Of a DNA stretch of 64,000 nucleotides, positions 36,575 through 45,962 are shown piece after piece. The stretch lies in the sequence record NC_041878.1, one strand, 5' to 3'. A program made the translations under genes and the position numbers. Numbering within the stretch: position 1 is the stretch's first letter; each line of letters opens with the position of its first letter. A model generated the notes under the pieces. The model searched no databases. It was not told the origin of the DNA and was given only the letters and a program-made list of their open reading frames with translations.

Positions 36575-37667
36575 AAACATTCTCCTACGTGGTCTAGGTG
36601 AAGATGCAGTAAAACTTTTAAAAACTACTAATGCAATTATTGCTGGTGGTGCAATTACCTCTATCTTTAGCGGTACTGAAATTAATGATTACGACATTTA
36701 TTTCCGTTCGCATGAAGATATTATTACCTTTATTCGCAATACTTATAATGAAGAAGGTGATGCCGAAAAAGATGACGCATTTCCGTTGACTGAAGAAACA
36801 TTTCTAGATCTAGGTGGCTTTGAATTCATCTGTCACAATCATACTTCTCGTAGTATTTCATATACTCACAATGGATTAAACCTTCAACTAATTCATTTTG
36901 AATATTTTCAAACGGCACATGATGTATTCCAGAGTTATGATTTTCATATGAACATGGGTGCATTCGATTTTAAACTCGACCAATTTGTACTGCATGAGAA
37001 TTTCATCACTACTGTTGCTTCACGTAGACTTACTTTTAATGCTGGAACCCGTTATCCTATCATGAGTTCTTTGCGTGTATCAAAGTACTTAGAACGTGGT
37101 TATACCATTTCTCGAAAAGAAATGTTCAAAATTGGCTTAGCTATTGCGAATCTAAATATCGATTCATGGGATGCACTTGAAGATCAACTAAGCGGATTTT
37201 ATGGAATTGATGTAAGTGATATGTTTGACCGTACAGTACCATTTAGTATGGAAGTTGCGATGGATATGATTAACTGTGTCCAGGATCTTGCACAAACTCC
37301 ACATAATACGCAACCAACTATTCAACAACTATTCTTCACAGTACTTGGAAATCCACACCGTGAACAACGTGTATTCTTCAAACGACTAGTAGAAGATGCT
37401 GATGGAACATATTCTTATGTTTATGATCGTGATGAAAAGTATAAAATTGAAGAAACAGTAAAAATCAAGAAAGTGCGATTCGATACTGATTATGAAGAAT
37501 TGAAAAACAATTCACATTCATACTGGCATTTTGGTTCAAATAATCAAACACGCATTGGTGTATTTGTACTTGAAACTGATGGTCATAAAATGAATATGGG
37601 TCATTCTGGTTTAGAATTATCTGGCAACATTAAGTTGATTGCAGTGAAAGACCCAACACAAAATTAA
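36555..37667 (+). CDS. Pol-beta-superfamily nucleotidyltransferase (CCA/poly(A) polymerase head-like)
   Basis: IIAGGAITS..NDYDIYF, QLI..DVFQSYDF..GAFD, RVSKYLERGY. Confidence 0.7.
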   Translation: MNLTNHKNILLRGLGEDAVKLLKTTNAIIAGGAITSIFSGTEINDYDIYFRSHEDIITFIRNTYNEEGDAEKDDAFPLTEETFLDLGGFEFICHNHTSRSISYTHNGLNLQLIHFEYFQTAHDVFQSYDFHMNMGAFDFKLDQFVLHENFITTVASRRLTFNAGTRYPIMSSLRVSKYLERGYTISRKEMFKIGLAIANLNIDSWDALEDQLSGFYGIDVSDMFDRTVPFSMEVAMDMINCVQDLAQTPHNTQPTIQQLFFTVLGNPHREQRVFFKRLVEDADGTYSYVYDRDEKYKIEETVKIKKVRFDTDYEELKNNSHSYWHFGSNNQTRIGVFVLETDGHKMNMGHSGLELSGNIKLIAVKDPTQN

Positions 37668-37708
37668 GGGAGTAGTAAAGCAGATTTATTCACAAGGAGT
37701 GTGGAGCG

Positions 37709-38440
37709 ATGGTAGATCGTATTAAATTTGCAACTGAAATGGCTAACGAACTCAATATGTCAAACTTTCAAACATTAACATCCGTTATGGCAGAATACGC
37801 GACTGCTGGATCTGTTGATGGTGTACAGTGTGGACAAGCTAATATGTTGGCTGATGTTTACAGTACTTTAAACAGTACTCAATATTCAGTCAAAACATAT
37901 AAGGATGATTTCGTTGCTTTATATATGAACGGTGCTGTTCAGGAAGAAAGACGGTACACCGATCCTATTATTGAACGTAGGATTAGTGGTGTAACAGATC
38001 CAAATGGTGATCCTGTTGATGTATTGCGGGAAGTACTAGAGGATATAAAAGATAATGAAGCCAAAAGTCTAGAACACTATGGAGTTAGCAGTACTGAAAC
38101 TATCTTAGTGGGATATTCTGAGGATGAGACTCATTATTACTTCAGACTAACTGAAATGCCTTATGTTTATGAAGAACCTGTGATGGTAGAGGTGAAGTAC
38201 TTTACTGAACGCAGTAAGAACTTTAATAGACACGAAGGTAACCGTACATCAATTGTTGGGTACAATGCGGAGGGAATTCAGATTTATGAATGGGTTCATC
38301 CTAATAACTCAACTTACACGAGATGTTTGAAGAAGCGTTATTGTTTAGAGAATGCAGATTCATTCTATTTCAAAATTGAAAAACAATCATATTCACGTCC
38401 TGATGATTCAGTACTAATGGGTATGGTACAGTTGTACTAA
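37709..38440 (+). CDS. hypothetical protein
   Basis: SD GGAG; terminator follows. Confidence 0.8.
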   Translation: MVDRIKFATEMANELNMSNFQTLTSVMAEYATAGSVDGVQCGQANMLADVYSTLNSTQYSVKTYKDDFVALYMNGAVQEERRYTDPIIERRISGVTDPNGDPVDVLREVLEDIKDNEAKSLEHYGVSSTETILVGYSEDETHYYFRLTEMPYVYEEPVMVEVKYFTERSKNFNRHEGNRTSIVGYNAEGIQIYEWVHPNNSTYTRCLKKRYCLENADSFYFKIEKQSYSRPDDSVLMGMVQLY

Positions 38441-38484
38441 TTATTCGCCCCGAAATTCGGGGCTTTCTTTTTAAAGGAATATAC

Positions 38485-38784
38485 ATGGCTATAAATGCTC
38501 GTGGTATAAACGCAATGAAAGTAATTGTTCGTGCAGAATTTATTGAAGATGGAACTACTGTAACTAAGGTTAAAGGACAAAAAACTTATACTCTAAGAAG
38601 AAGTATTAAGATTTATGGTGAAAATCGCAGAGAAATTAAATGCGATCCTGGTTGTGTATTTCTAATGGACAATGACGGAAATATTGATATGGTTCCTGGA
38701 GATAGAGAACTTGTTGTTCATGTTCATCCAGAAGATCTAATGTACGATATTCAAGAAGCTATGGAAGAAGATGAAACAAAATGA
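38485..38784 (+). CDS. hypothetical protein
   Basis: SD AAGGA. Confidence 0.75.
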   Translation: MAINARGINAMKVIVRAEFIEDGTTVTKVKGQKTYTLRRSIKIYGENRREIKCDPGCVFLMDNDGNIDMVPGDRELVVHVHPEDLMYDIQEAMEEDETK

Positions 38785-39077
38785 TAGACTTGAATAATGA
38801 TTCGTACATAACAGTACTAATAGAGGCTGGAAAGATATTAGACGGTACTACAGTCTATAAACCATCTGGTGATGTGGATTATATTCTTTGTTCAGAAGAA
38901 CCCACTTTTAAATCTATCATTTACACTGATACCAGAAGATATGGTAAAGGTAAGGGAATGGTTTATTTAAAGCACAGTAATGACAAGTACTATGCTTATC
39001 CAAAGAATAAATTATTGCGTGTTCGTATTGATAAGTACGATTTACAAAGAATAATTGACGAAACAAGCGAATACTGA
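38781..39077 (+). CDS. hypothetical protein
   Basis: ATGA overlap. Confidence 0.7.
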   Translation: MIDLNNDSYITVLIEAGKILDGTTVYKPSGDVDYILCSEEPTFKSIIYTDTRRYGKGKGMVYLKHSNDKYYAYPKNKLLRVRIDKYDLQRIIDETSEY

Positions 39078-39141
39078 CTTGACACGAGGCAGCAAGAGTG
39101 TTACAATACTTGCCTTATTAACTTAAAGAGATAAAAATTAA

Positions 39142-40290
39142 ATGCGTACTAAACAAATTTTTGATGATTTAATGAATCTTACTGCAAAGAATGATGCATT
39201 TATGTGGAAAGATTTTGTTTCTCCTGCTGGTGGTTTATTCCGTATTTTTTCTTACCGCCTCGCAAGTTACTCTGACTTCTTGGAGCCTAATGCTTTAGAA
39301 TGTCGTGGTTCAATGTTTAAAGTTGATGATGAAGGTAATTTTGTTGGTATTGCTTCTCGTACCCCAATGAAGTTCTTCAACGCATATGAAAACCCATTCA
39401 CTATGTATGATAAAGATACTTTAAGTTCTGAAATTGCAGTTGTAATGGATAAACTTGATGGTTCTATTATCAGTACTTTTATGGATGTGGATTTTGTTGT
39501 ACGTACTAAATCTCATGCATCACTGCATTCTGACCATGCGTATAACAGTACTGCAATGTTGATTGCAGATAAAGAATTATACAATGAAGTTCATTACGCA
39601 GAATCAATGGGCTATACGGTGAATATGGAATATACTTCACCTGAGTATCGTATTGTACTTCCGTATCAGGAAGATAATTTAACGGTACTGAATCTGCGTC
39701 ATCGTGAAACAGGTGAACTTCTTATTGGAGAACGTCTTAAAGAGTTTTCTAAAATTCTGTATGAACGTTCTGTATTTGCTAAACATGGCGAAATCGATGC
39801 AACTTTCCCTATGAAGGAAACTTTAAAAGAAAGTATTGATGCGGTTCGTGGTATGGCTGATATTGAGGGTTATGTATTGATTCTCAAAGATGGTCGTATG
39901 TGTAAGATTAAGACTGACTGGTATTGTGCACTGCACTTTACTAAGGACAGCATTAATGTTGATTCACGTCTATATGATGCGATCATTACTGGTGCGTCTG
40001 ATGATCTGAAACAAATGTTTAGTACTGATCTGTACGCGATGAAAAAGATTGAAAAAATGGAACAGCTAATTTTTTCATGCTATAATAAGCTCGTACATGA
40101 CGTAGAAAGTTTCTACGAAGAAAACAAACATCTTGAGCGTAAAGAATATGCATTAAAAGTTCAATCAACATTACCGAATGAACTTGGTATGCCAGGTTTA
40201 GCGTTCTCCCTTTATGCATCGAAGCCCGTCGATTATAAAGGTCAGATGTTGAAATACATGAAGGATGTACTAGTTAATTTCGAAGTATAA
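39142..40290 (+). CDS. rnlA: RNA ligase 1 (T4 RnlA-like)
   Basis: FSYRLASY, ECRG, PMKFFN, KLDGSII, EYTSP..RIV, EGYV, KIKTDWY. Confidence 0.95.
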   Translation: MRTKQIFDDLMNLTAKNDAFMWKDFVSPAGGLFRIFSYRLASYSDFLEPNALECRGSMFKVDDEGNFVGIASRTPMKFFNAYENPFTMYDKDTLSSEIAVVMDKLDGSIISTFMDVDFVVRTKSHASLHSDHAYNSTAMLIADKELYNEVHYAESMGYTVNMEYTSPEYRIVLPYQEDNLTVLNLRHRETGELLIGERLKEFSKILYERSVFAKHGEIDATFPMKETLKESIDAVRGMADIEGYVLILKDGRMCKIKTDWYCALHFTKDSINVDSRLYDAIITGASDDLKQMFSTDLYAMKKIEKMEQLIFSCYNKLVHDVESFYEENKHLERKEYALKVQSTLPNELGMPGLAFSLYASKPVDYKGQMLKYMKDVLVNFEV

Positions 40291-40324
40291 TTAGTACTTA
40301 AATAGCTTAACACAAGGATACGTG

Positions 40325-40561
40325 ATGGCTAAACCGAAGTATAAAGTAAAGAAGGGCGAAGTACGAACTCCTGAAGAACATAGAAGAATACTACAAGAGA
40401 TTGACGCTAAGCAGTCTGAACGCTCAAGGAAAGGGGTTCAGAAATCCGCTAAGCGTCTTAAAAATACTTTTGGAGTTAGCAGTACTATGTACAAGAAGGA
40501 ACGTAAGCCCAAAAACAAAAAACCAAAAATTTATGATTTAGGACGATACGCACGTGAGTAA
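40325..40561 (+). CDS. basic hypothetical protein
   Basis: SD AAGGA. Confidence 0.7.
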   Translation: MAKPKYKVKKGEVRTPEEHRRILQEIDAKQSERSRKGVQKSAKRLKNTFGVSSTMYKKERKPKNKKPKIYDLGRYARE

Positions 40562-40778
40562 TCAACAAACTATTCACACAGTGAAAGTACTATATAAAGA
40601 TCATGAATTTTCAGTAATCCCTAAAAACGTATTAACTAACCGAGTTATGACTCAGATGGTTCAATACGTAACACAAATTGGTGACAAAGCTTTTATCGTG
40701 GACGGTGAGATGTACTTCGATGAAGGTGCATTCTTCAATCTAACGATGAAGTACTGTGACGAGTACCTAATTATCTAA
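40554..40778 (+). CDS. hypothetical protein
   Basis: GTG start overlapping upstream gene. Confidence 0.65.
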   Translation: MSNQQTIHTVKVLYKDHEFSVIPKNVLTNRVMTQMVQYVTQIGDKAFIVDGEMYFDEGAFFNLTMKYCDEYLII

Positions 40779-40790
40779 CTGGAGAAACCT

Positions 40791-41015
40791 ATGAAAGTAG
40801 AAATGCAACACAGCATTGTGCAAGATATGACCGTAATTAAATTTAATTCATTAAAAGATTACTTTCGAGCACTTGACTTTTTGGGTTCAACGGGGTTAGA
40901 ATGGACTCCACTAAAATATAGTTCAAAAAACGATACTGCGAGTATTCGAGTGAATGAACACGTTTTGAACATTTTTTCTAATAAATTTGGGATAGGAAAA
41001 TCATGCCAGTATTAA
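40791..41015 (+). CDS. hypothetical protein
   Basis: SD GGAG. Confidence 0.7.
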   Translation: MKVEMQHSIVQDMTVIKFNSLKDYFRALDFLGSTGLEWTPLKYSSKNDTASIRVNEHVLNIFSNKFGIGKSCQY

Positions 41016-41935
41016 CATTAACAGTAGGTTTACCAGGATGTGGAAAAACTACCTGGGCGAAAGAACAAGTAAAGAATGCACGGTCTAAGACTGTTATTGT
41101 TAACTTAGATGATATTCGCGAAACTATGGCAGGTTCACATAGCAATTATAAATTCCGTAAAGATAACGAACAGTACGTGCAAAACGCTCAGTACAGTGCA
41201 GCATCTCATCCGGCAGCGAATAACTGGAACATCATTGTTGGTGATACCAACTTGAATCCATCAGTTCGTAATAAGTGGAAAGAATTTGCCAAAGAACATG
41301 GTTATACTTACAAAGAACAAAACTTCTTTGAAGAATTCAAGAAAGGTAAAACTTTCGTACATGATTTCTTTGCAGTAAAAGAATACGTTAAACTTTGTAA
41401 AGAACGTAACCTTCTCCGTGAGAAGTCTGTGCCAGAAGAAGTTATTGATGGTATGGCTGAAAAGTACTTCTATGATAATCTTCATTTGAATGTACATGTC
41501 GATAACGTTGCTGCGTTGTCTGAAGCAATCATTGTTGACATTGATGGTACTTTGGCTCACATGAACGGTAAACGTGGACCGTATGAAGAAAATAAAGTTC
41601 TTGTAGATGATCCAGATCCTGAAGTTATTCTTTCTGTACTGGCTGAAAAGAACTATTTAAATCGTACTGTGATCATCATGAGTGGTCGTCACGAAACGTG
41701 CAAAGAAGATACAGAAGCATGGTTACAGAAGTACGGTGTACCATACGATCATATCTTCATGCGTAAACATGACGATAACCGTTCCGATGACATTGTAAAG
41801 TACGAACTTTATATGGATAACGTGTTTGGGAAATATAAAGTAGTTAAAGTATTCGACGACCGTCAGAAAGTTGTAGAAATGTGGCGTAAACTTTTAAAAC
41901 TTAAAGTTTATGCAGTTGCGGAAGGTAACTTCTAA
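41003..41935 (+). CDS. pseT: polynucleotide 5'-kinase/3'-phosphatase
   Basis: GLPGCGKTT P-loop; VDIDGTL phosphatase motif; FDDR. Confidence 0.95.
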   Translation: MPVLTLTVGLPGCGKTTWAKEQVKNARSKTVIVNLDDIRETMAGSHSNYKFRKDNEQYVQNAQYSAASHPAANNWNIIVGDTNLNPSVRNKWKEFAKEHGYTYKEQNFFEEFKKGKTFVHDFFAVKEYVKLCKERNLLREKSVPEEVIDGMAEKYFYDNLHLNVHVDNVAALSEAIIVDIDGTLAHMNGKRGPYEENKVLVDDPDPEVILSVLAEKNYLNRTVIIMSGRHETCKEDTEAWLQKYGVPYDHIFMRKHDDNRSDDIVKYELYMDNVFGKYKVVKVFDDRQKVVEMWRKLLKLKVYAVAEGNF

Positions 41936-41940
41936 ACAAT

Positions 41941-41970
41941 AAGGGATACTTCGGTATCCCTTCTTTTTTA
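41941..41970 (+). terminator. intrinsic terminator
   Basis: AAGGGATAC-TTCG-GTATCCCTT-CTTTTTT. Confidence 0.85.
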
Positions 41971-41990
41971 ATTAAGAAAAGGAGTCAATC

Positions 41991-42200
41991 ATGGCTATTA
42001 GTGTTGTTTATATCATTAAGAAAAAAGGTATGTCAGCAGTTCATGACATTATCACACATACTGATCAGTACTGGCTAAATTCTGGTTCATATTATGTAAC
42101 TGGTGGAGTTCGTGCAGAAGTTGAAAAAACATATCCTGGTTCAGAATATGATATTGAAGTAGAGTTTATTACTCATCCGGGAAATCAGTCTGATGCATAA
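41991..42200 (+). CDS. hypothetical protein
   Basis: SD AGGAG. Confidence 0.7.
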   Translation: MAISVVYIIKKKGMSAVHDIITHTDQYWLNSGSYYVTGGVRAEVEKTYPGSEYDIEVEFITHPGNQSDA

Positions 42201-42212
42201 TGAGGAATAATT

Positions 42213-42380
42213 ATGGAAATTATCTTTACTTTAATTTGGGTATTAATGTTTATTTGGACATTAACTACTGCACGGAATAACAACCGTTCAATGATTGTAT
42301 GGGGTGTAGTTGCACTAATCTTCTCTCCACTACTATCTCTAGTATGTCTTTGGATTTTGGGTAAGCATTATGACCTCTAA
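42213..42380 (+). CDS. small 2-TM membrane protein (55 aa, not in track)
   Basis: SD GAGGA; hydrophobic-RNNNRS-hydrophobic. Confidence 0.7.
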   Translation: MEIIFTLIWVLMFIWTLTTARNNNRSMIVWGVVALIFSPLLSLVCLWILGKHYDL

Positions 42381-42642
42381 AGAAGCATACGTATTTCCTG
42401 AAGGTTCAGAAGAAGTACAATTCGATTACGTTGCAAACATGATGGATGAAATCGAAGAAAGTACTATGAATGAACTAGTATTCAAAATCGACACTAACTA
42501 TAAGCAAGAGTGGATGGTAGAAATCTACGAACATGCTGAAGAAGATGACGAAGACTCTTTCGATAGTTTAGAAATGGTTGACTGGTATACAGGTAAAAAT
42601 TTAAAAGAAGTATTTGATTTTCTGATGGAGCGTTATGTATGA
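42370..42642 (+). CDS. acidic hypothetical protein
   Basis: ORF. Confidence 0.75.
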   Translation: MTSKEAYVFPEGSEEVQFDYVANMMDEIEESTMNELVFKIDTNYKQEWMVEIYEHAEEDDEDSFDSLEMVDWYTGKNLKEVFDFLMERYV

Positions 42643-42977
42643 GTGAACGTGAATTTGGTAAACATCAACGTGAACTAGAATTAACTGGTATCTGTACTGA
42701 TCCAGATTTTCTCTTTGAGCTTCGCACGATGTATAATTTAGCTGTAGAGTTTGACAGAGAGTACTGGAGCGATGATCCAGATGCAGATCCAGATGACCTA
42801 TTTGAAAACTTTACACCACTTACTCTTGAAGTACTACAAAATATTGAGAATGGTATTAAAGTTGATGGTGAAATGGTTTCAAGCGAAATTGATTTCATTA
42901 TTGATATTCTTGAAGGTGGTGATCAGAATGATGCATTCGGTTCTTCTGGCTGGCGTCACCAAGTAGGTTGGGATTAA
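42639..42977 (+). CDS. acidic hypothetical protein
   Basis: ATGA overlap. Confidence 0.75.
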   Translation: MSEREFGKHQRELELTGICTDPDFLFELRTMYNLAVEFDREYWSDDPDADPDDLFENFTPLTLEVLQNIENGIKVDGEMVSSEIDFIIDILEGGDQNDAFGSSGWRHQVGWD

Positions 42978-42978
42978 T

Positions 42979-43206
42979 ATGTTAGAAGTACTTGCATATA
43001 TTGCACTGATATATTGTATCGGTGCAATCATTACATTCGGTGTACTAACATTTGTACATGATGGTGTGTCCGATACTTTTGGTATAGGAATGATGATTAC
43101 TGCGGCAATGGCTTTTTTCTGGCCTTTCACTGTACCAGTAATGATACATGTAGAATGGGAAGAACGACAAAGTAAAAGGAAAAAAGATGGAAAGGGAAGG
43201 AATTGA
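42979..43206 (+). CDS. membrane protein
   Basis: Two TM; FFWP motif. Confidence 0.75.
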   Translation: MLEVLAYIALIYCIGAIITFGVLTFVHDGVSDTFGIGMMITAAMAFFWPFTVPVMIHVEWEERQSKRKKDGKGRN

Positions 43207-43435
43207 ATTTACTCTCCTAAATTCATGGGAAGGTTGGGATGAACATGGCGTAGCAGATTTGTATTTCTACGATGTTCAATTGAAGCCTGAAGTATTTGGT
43301 GAGGACTTTATTAAACAATACGAAGGTAAGAAAATGGATTTAGGTATGTACCTATCTATTTCTGTTATTGAAGTATATGTTGAAGGTGAAGAAGAACCAG
43401 TACTAATCAAAGACGTTAAATTGAGTTTAGTATGA
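43187..43435 (+). CDS. acidic hypothetical protein
   Basis: ORF. Confidence 0.75.
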   Translation: MEREGIEFTLLNSWEGWDEHGVADLYFYDVQLKPEVFGEDFIKQYEGKKMDLGMYLSISVIEVYVEGEEEPVLIKDVKLSLV

Positions 43436-43788
43436 CAAAGAAAATTTATGTAGCATTTGATGGTGCTGAATTTGGCACTAAAGAAGCGTTGATGGAATAT
43501 CATAACCTACTTAAAATTGGTGATGAAAAATTAGCCGAACAACGCAAACAGTACTTAGTACTGAAAGAAGCACAAGCAAAAGCATGTCTTGCTGTTTTTA
43601 ATTTCCGTGAAGAATGCCAGCACGAATATGTAAAAATTAAAGCATGTTCTGATACTGGTAATTATGACCGTTCACAAGACTCATACTGGTACGAGATTGA
43701 ATGCAAGTGCTGTGAAAAACGATGGAATGAAGATCAGAGTACGAGTAAGTACAAAACATCTGATCGTAACACAGAGTGGATTAGATAA
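43432..43788 (+). CDS. hypothetical protein, possible Zn ligands
   Basis: C.H...CKCC. Confidence 0.75.
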   Translation: MTKKIYVAFDGAEFGTKEALMEYHNLLKIGDEKLAEQRKQYLVLKEAQAKACLAVFNFREECQHEYVKIKACSDTGNYDRSQDSYWYEIECKCCEKRWNEDQSTSKYKTSDRNTEWIR

Positions 43789-44033
43789 TGATTGTAGCAA
43801 TTTATATTCAAAGTGAATCATGTGACAAATACCTTGAGCTTTTTGTCAATGAAACAGTACACGAAATCAAAGAAAAATTATATGACAACATGGAAATGTA
43901 TAAACCGGTTTGTGAATATGATGTAGTATTTGATGCGAGCACCACTGAAAAAGAAAAACTTGATGTTGGTGAAATGTTATCAGAGTGGTATGACGATTCT
44001 TGGAATCGTGATGATGATGAAGAAGATTACTAA
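43788..44033 (+). CDS. acidic hypothetical protein
   Basis: TAATG coupling. Confidence 0.75.
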   Translation: MIVAIYIQSESCDKYLELFVNETVHEIKEKLYDNMEMYKPVCEYDVVFDASTTEKEKLDVGEMLSEWYDDSWNRDDDEEDY

Positions 44034-44076
44034 TATCGTGGGGAACTAAGTTCCCTATTTTAATTGAGGGAAACAC

Positions 44077-44715
44077 ATGACGACTATTGAAGCAATCGAA
44101 GCACGTATTGAAGAATTATCTAACAAGCGTGAAGCGAACAAAACAAAAATGCAACCCATGTTCAAAGAAAACAGTGCACTTACTGACGAAATTCAAGAAC
44201 TGCAAGCACAAGTACTAAAACTAAAAAGTGAAGCTATTGAAACCGAAGAAGATATGATTAAGTTCTATATCGTGAATGATGGTCATTCTGAAGGGATGGA
44301 TCATTATCATGCACGGAACCGTTTCTTTGAATCTCTTGGCATTCGAACTTATGGTTATTATCCAGCAACTAACCAATCTGGTTTCCAGATTATGTTGTAT
44401 AAAGATGGCTCAAATCTTGAAGAAACTTTAAGTGGTATTCAGAAAGTACTGCCATATATTATTCCTATTGATGGAAAAGAATATGACCGTACTAATGTAA
44501 TTACAATGTCAATTTTTGAACGTACATGTTCTGAATACGGTTCATACTCTTTAGTATATGACGTTGACAGTACTGAATGGGCTTTATCTATTATTTCATG
44601 GCATCGTCGCCGTGAACTTAAAGTATTCAAAACATTACGTGAAGCACTTGAGTACATTAGTGTTGAGCACTATTACGGTTATGATGACGAAGAAGAAAGC
44701 GAAGAAGATTATTAA
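44077..44715 (+). CDS. hypothetical protein with N-terminal coiled coil
   Basis: SD GAGGG. Confidence 0.8.
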   Translation: MTTIEAIEARIEELSNKREANKTKMQPMFKENSALTDEIQELQAQVLKLKSEAIETEEDMIKFYIVNDGHSEGMDHYHARNRFFESLGIRTYGYYPATNQSGFQIMLYKDGSNLEETLSGIQKVLPYIIPIDGKEYDRTNVITMSIFERTCSEYGSYSLVYDVDSTEWALSIISWHRRRELKVFKTLREALEYISVEHYYGYDDEEESEEDY

Positions 44716-45494
44716 TGGCACATGTAAAAATAATTGATGTACCTGATGATAAAGATTTATATATCATCGGGGATGTTCATGGAAATTATGATTTCTATGA
44801 AGCAACTCTACGTGAACTAGGAATTACTGATGATGATGTTATTATTAGTGTTGGTGATTTAGTTGACCGTGGAAAAGATAATGCGAAGATGTTGTACGAG
44901 TTCTTAACTAAAGAAAATCGTCATATGGTTCTAGGTAATCATGAAGATATGATGATTCGTGCACAAACAAGTCGTGAATGGAATTTAAACTGGTTACACA
45001 ATGGCGGTACTACTACACTTGAAGAAATTGGTCAAGCTGGTATTACACATTTTTGTGAAATGCTTTCGGATATTCCACATCTTATAGAAGTGAATCATCG
45101 TGGATATAAACTAGGTATTGCTCATGCAGGAATACCACATTATCCAAGTGTAAGTGATTGGGATACTATCAAAGAATGGGCTGAAACAAATGCAGAATAT
45201 CGTCACCAATTAATTTGGGATCGTGATGCTATTCAGTACGCTCGTTTTGATTATGATGTTCCAGAAGCAGAAAAACTAGAACGTATTATTAGCGGTGTTG
45301 ATTATGTCATTCATGGTCATACTGGTGTTCCTAATAAGTTCCAGTTCGGGAACCGAGTTTGGATTGATACTCAATTCCGTGCGAACAAGTTTACTTTAGC
45401 ATACATGGACACTGAAACACATTTCATGAAATTTAAATCAGTACTGCCAGATCCGTGGGGTGCAGATCAGGGATATACAATAGAGGAACAATAA
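44715..45494 (+). CDS. Ser/Thr protein phosphatase (lambda NinI/PrpA-like)
   Basis: GDVHG, GDLVDRG, GNHE, HAG, GHT. Confidence 0.92.
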   Translation: MAHVKIIDVPDDKDLYIIGDVHGNYDFYEATLRELGITDDDVIISVGDLVDRGKDNAKMLYEFLTKENRHMVLGNHEDMMIRAQTSREWNLNWLHNGGTTTLEEIGQAGITHFCEMLSDIPHLIEVNHRGYKLGIAHAGIPHYPSVSDWDTIKEWAETNAEYRHQLIWDRDAIQYARFDYDVPEAEKLERIISGVDYVIHGHTGVPNKFQFGNRVWIDTQFRANKFTLAYMDTETHFMKFKSVLPDPWGADQGYTIEEQ

Positions 45495-45952
45495 TGCGTT
45501 TATATGGTATTACTAATATGTACATGGCTGGCGTACACGCTGGCATTCAAACACAACACAGTACTGGTGAGATGTTTCTAAAATATCCACACACTACACC
45601 ACAACATAGTACTATTATGACATATCTTCAGTTTCATAAAACTACGATTGTTGTAAATGGTGGAATGCATGATAATCTTGTGAATATTTTAGAATTGATG
45701 GAGAAATGGGAAGCTGAAGAAGAATATGAAGTACTTCCATTTGCTCCATTTTATGAACCTGGTGTAAATAACGCACTAACCAGTATTAGTATTATTATGC
45801 CACAAGATGCTGTTGACTATATGGATGCAATTCGTAAAACTGCTTCAGATTCCGAGGAATATAGTAACTTGAAACTTGCTATGTATAACTCATATGGTCG
45901 TTATGGAATTCCAGTTTTAGAAGCAATCGCATTTTTACCACTAGCAAAATAA
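45494..45952 (+). CDS. peptidyl-tRNA hydrolase 2-like protein
   Basis: GIQTQHS...HKTTIVVNGG...FYEPGVNNALTSI pattern. Confidence 0.5.
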   Translation: MRLYGITNMYMAGVHAGIQTQHSTGEMFLKYPHTTPQHSTIMTYLQFHKTTIVVNGGMHDNLVNILELMEKWEAEEEYEVLPFAPFYEPGVNNALTSISIIMPQDAVDYMDAIRKTASDSEEYSNLKLAMYNSYGRYGIPVLEAIAFLPLAK

Positions 45953-45962
45953 GAGAAAAACA

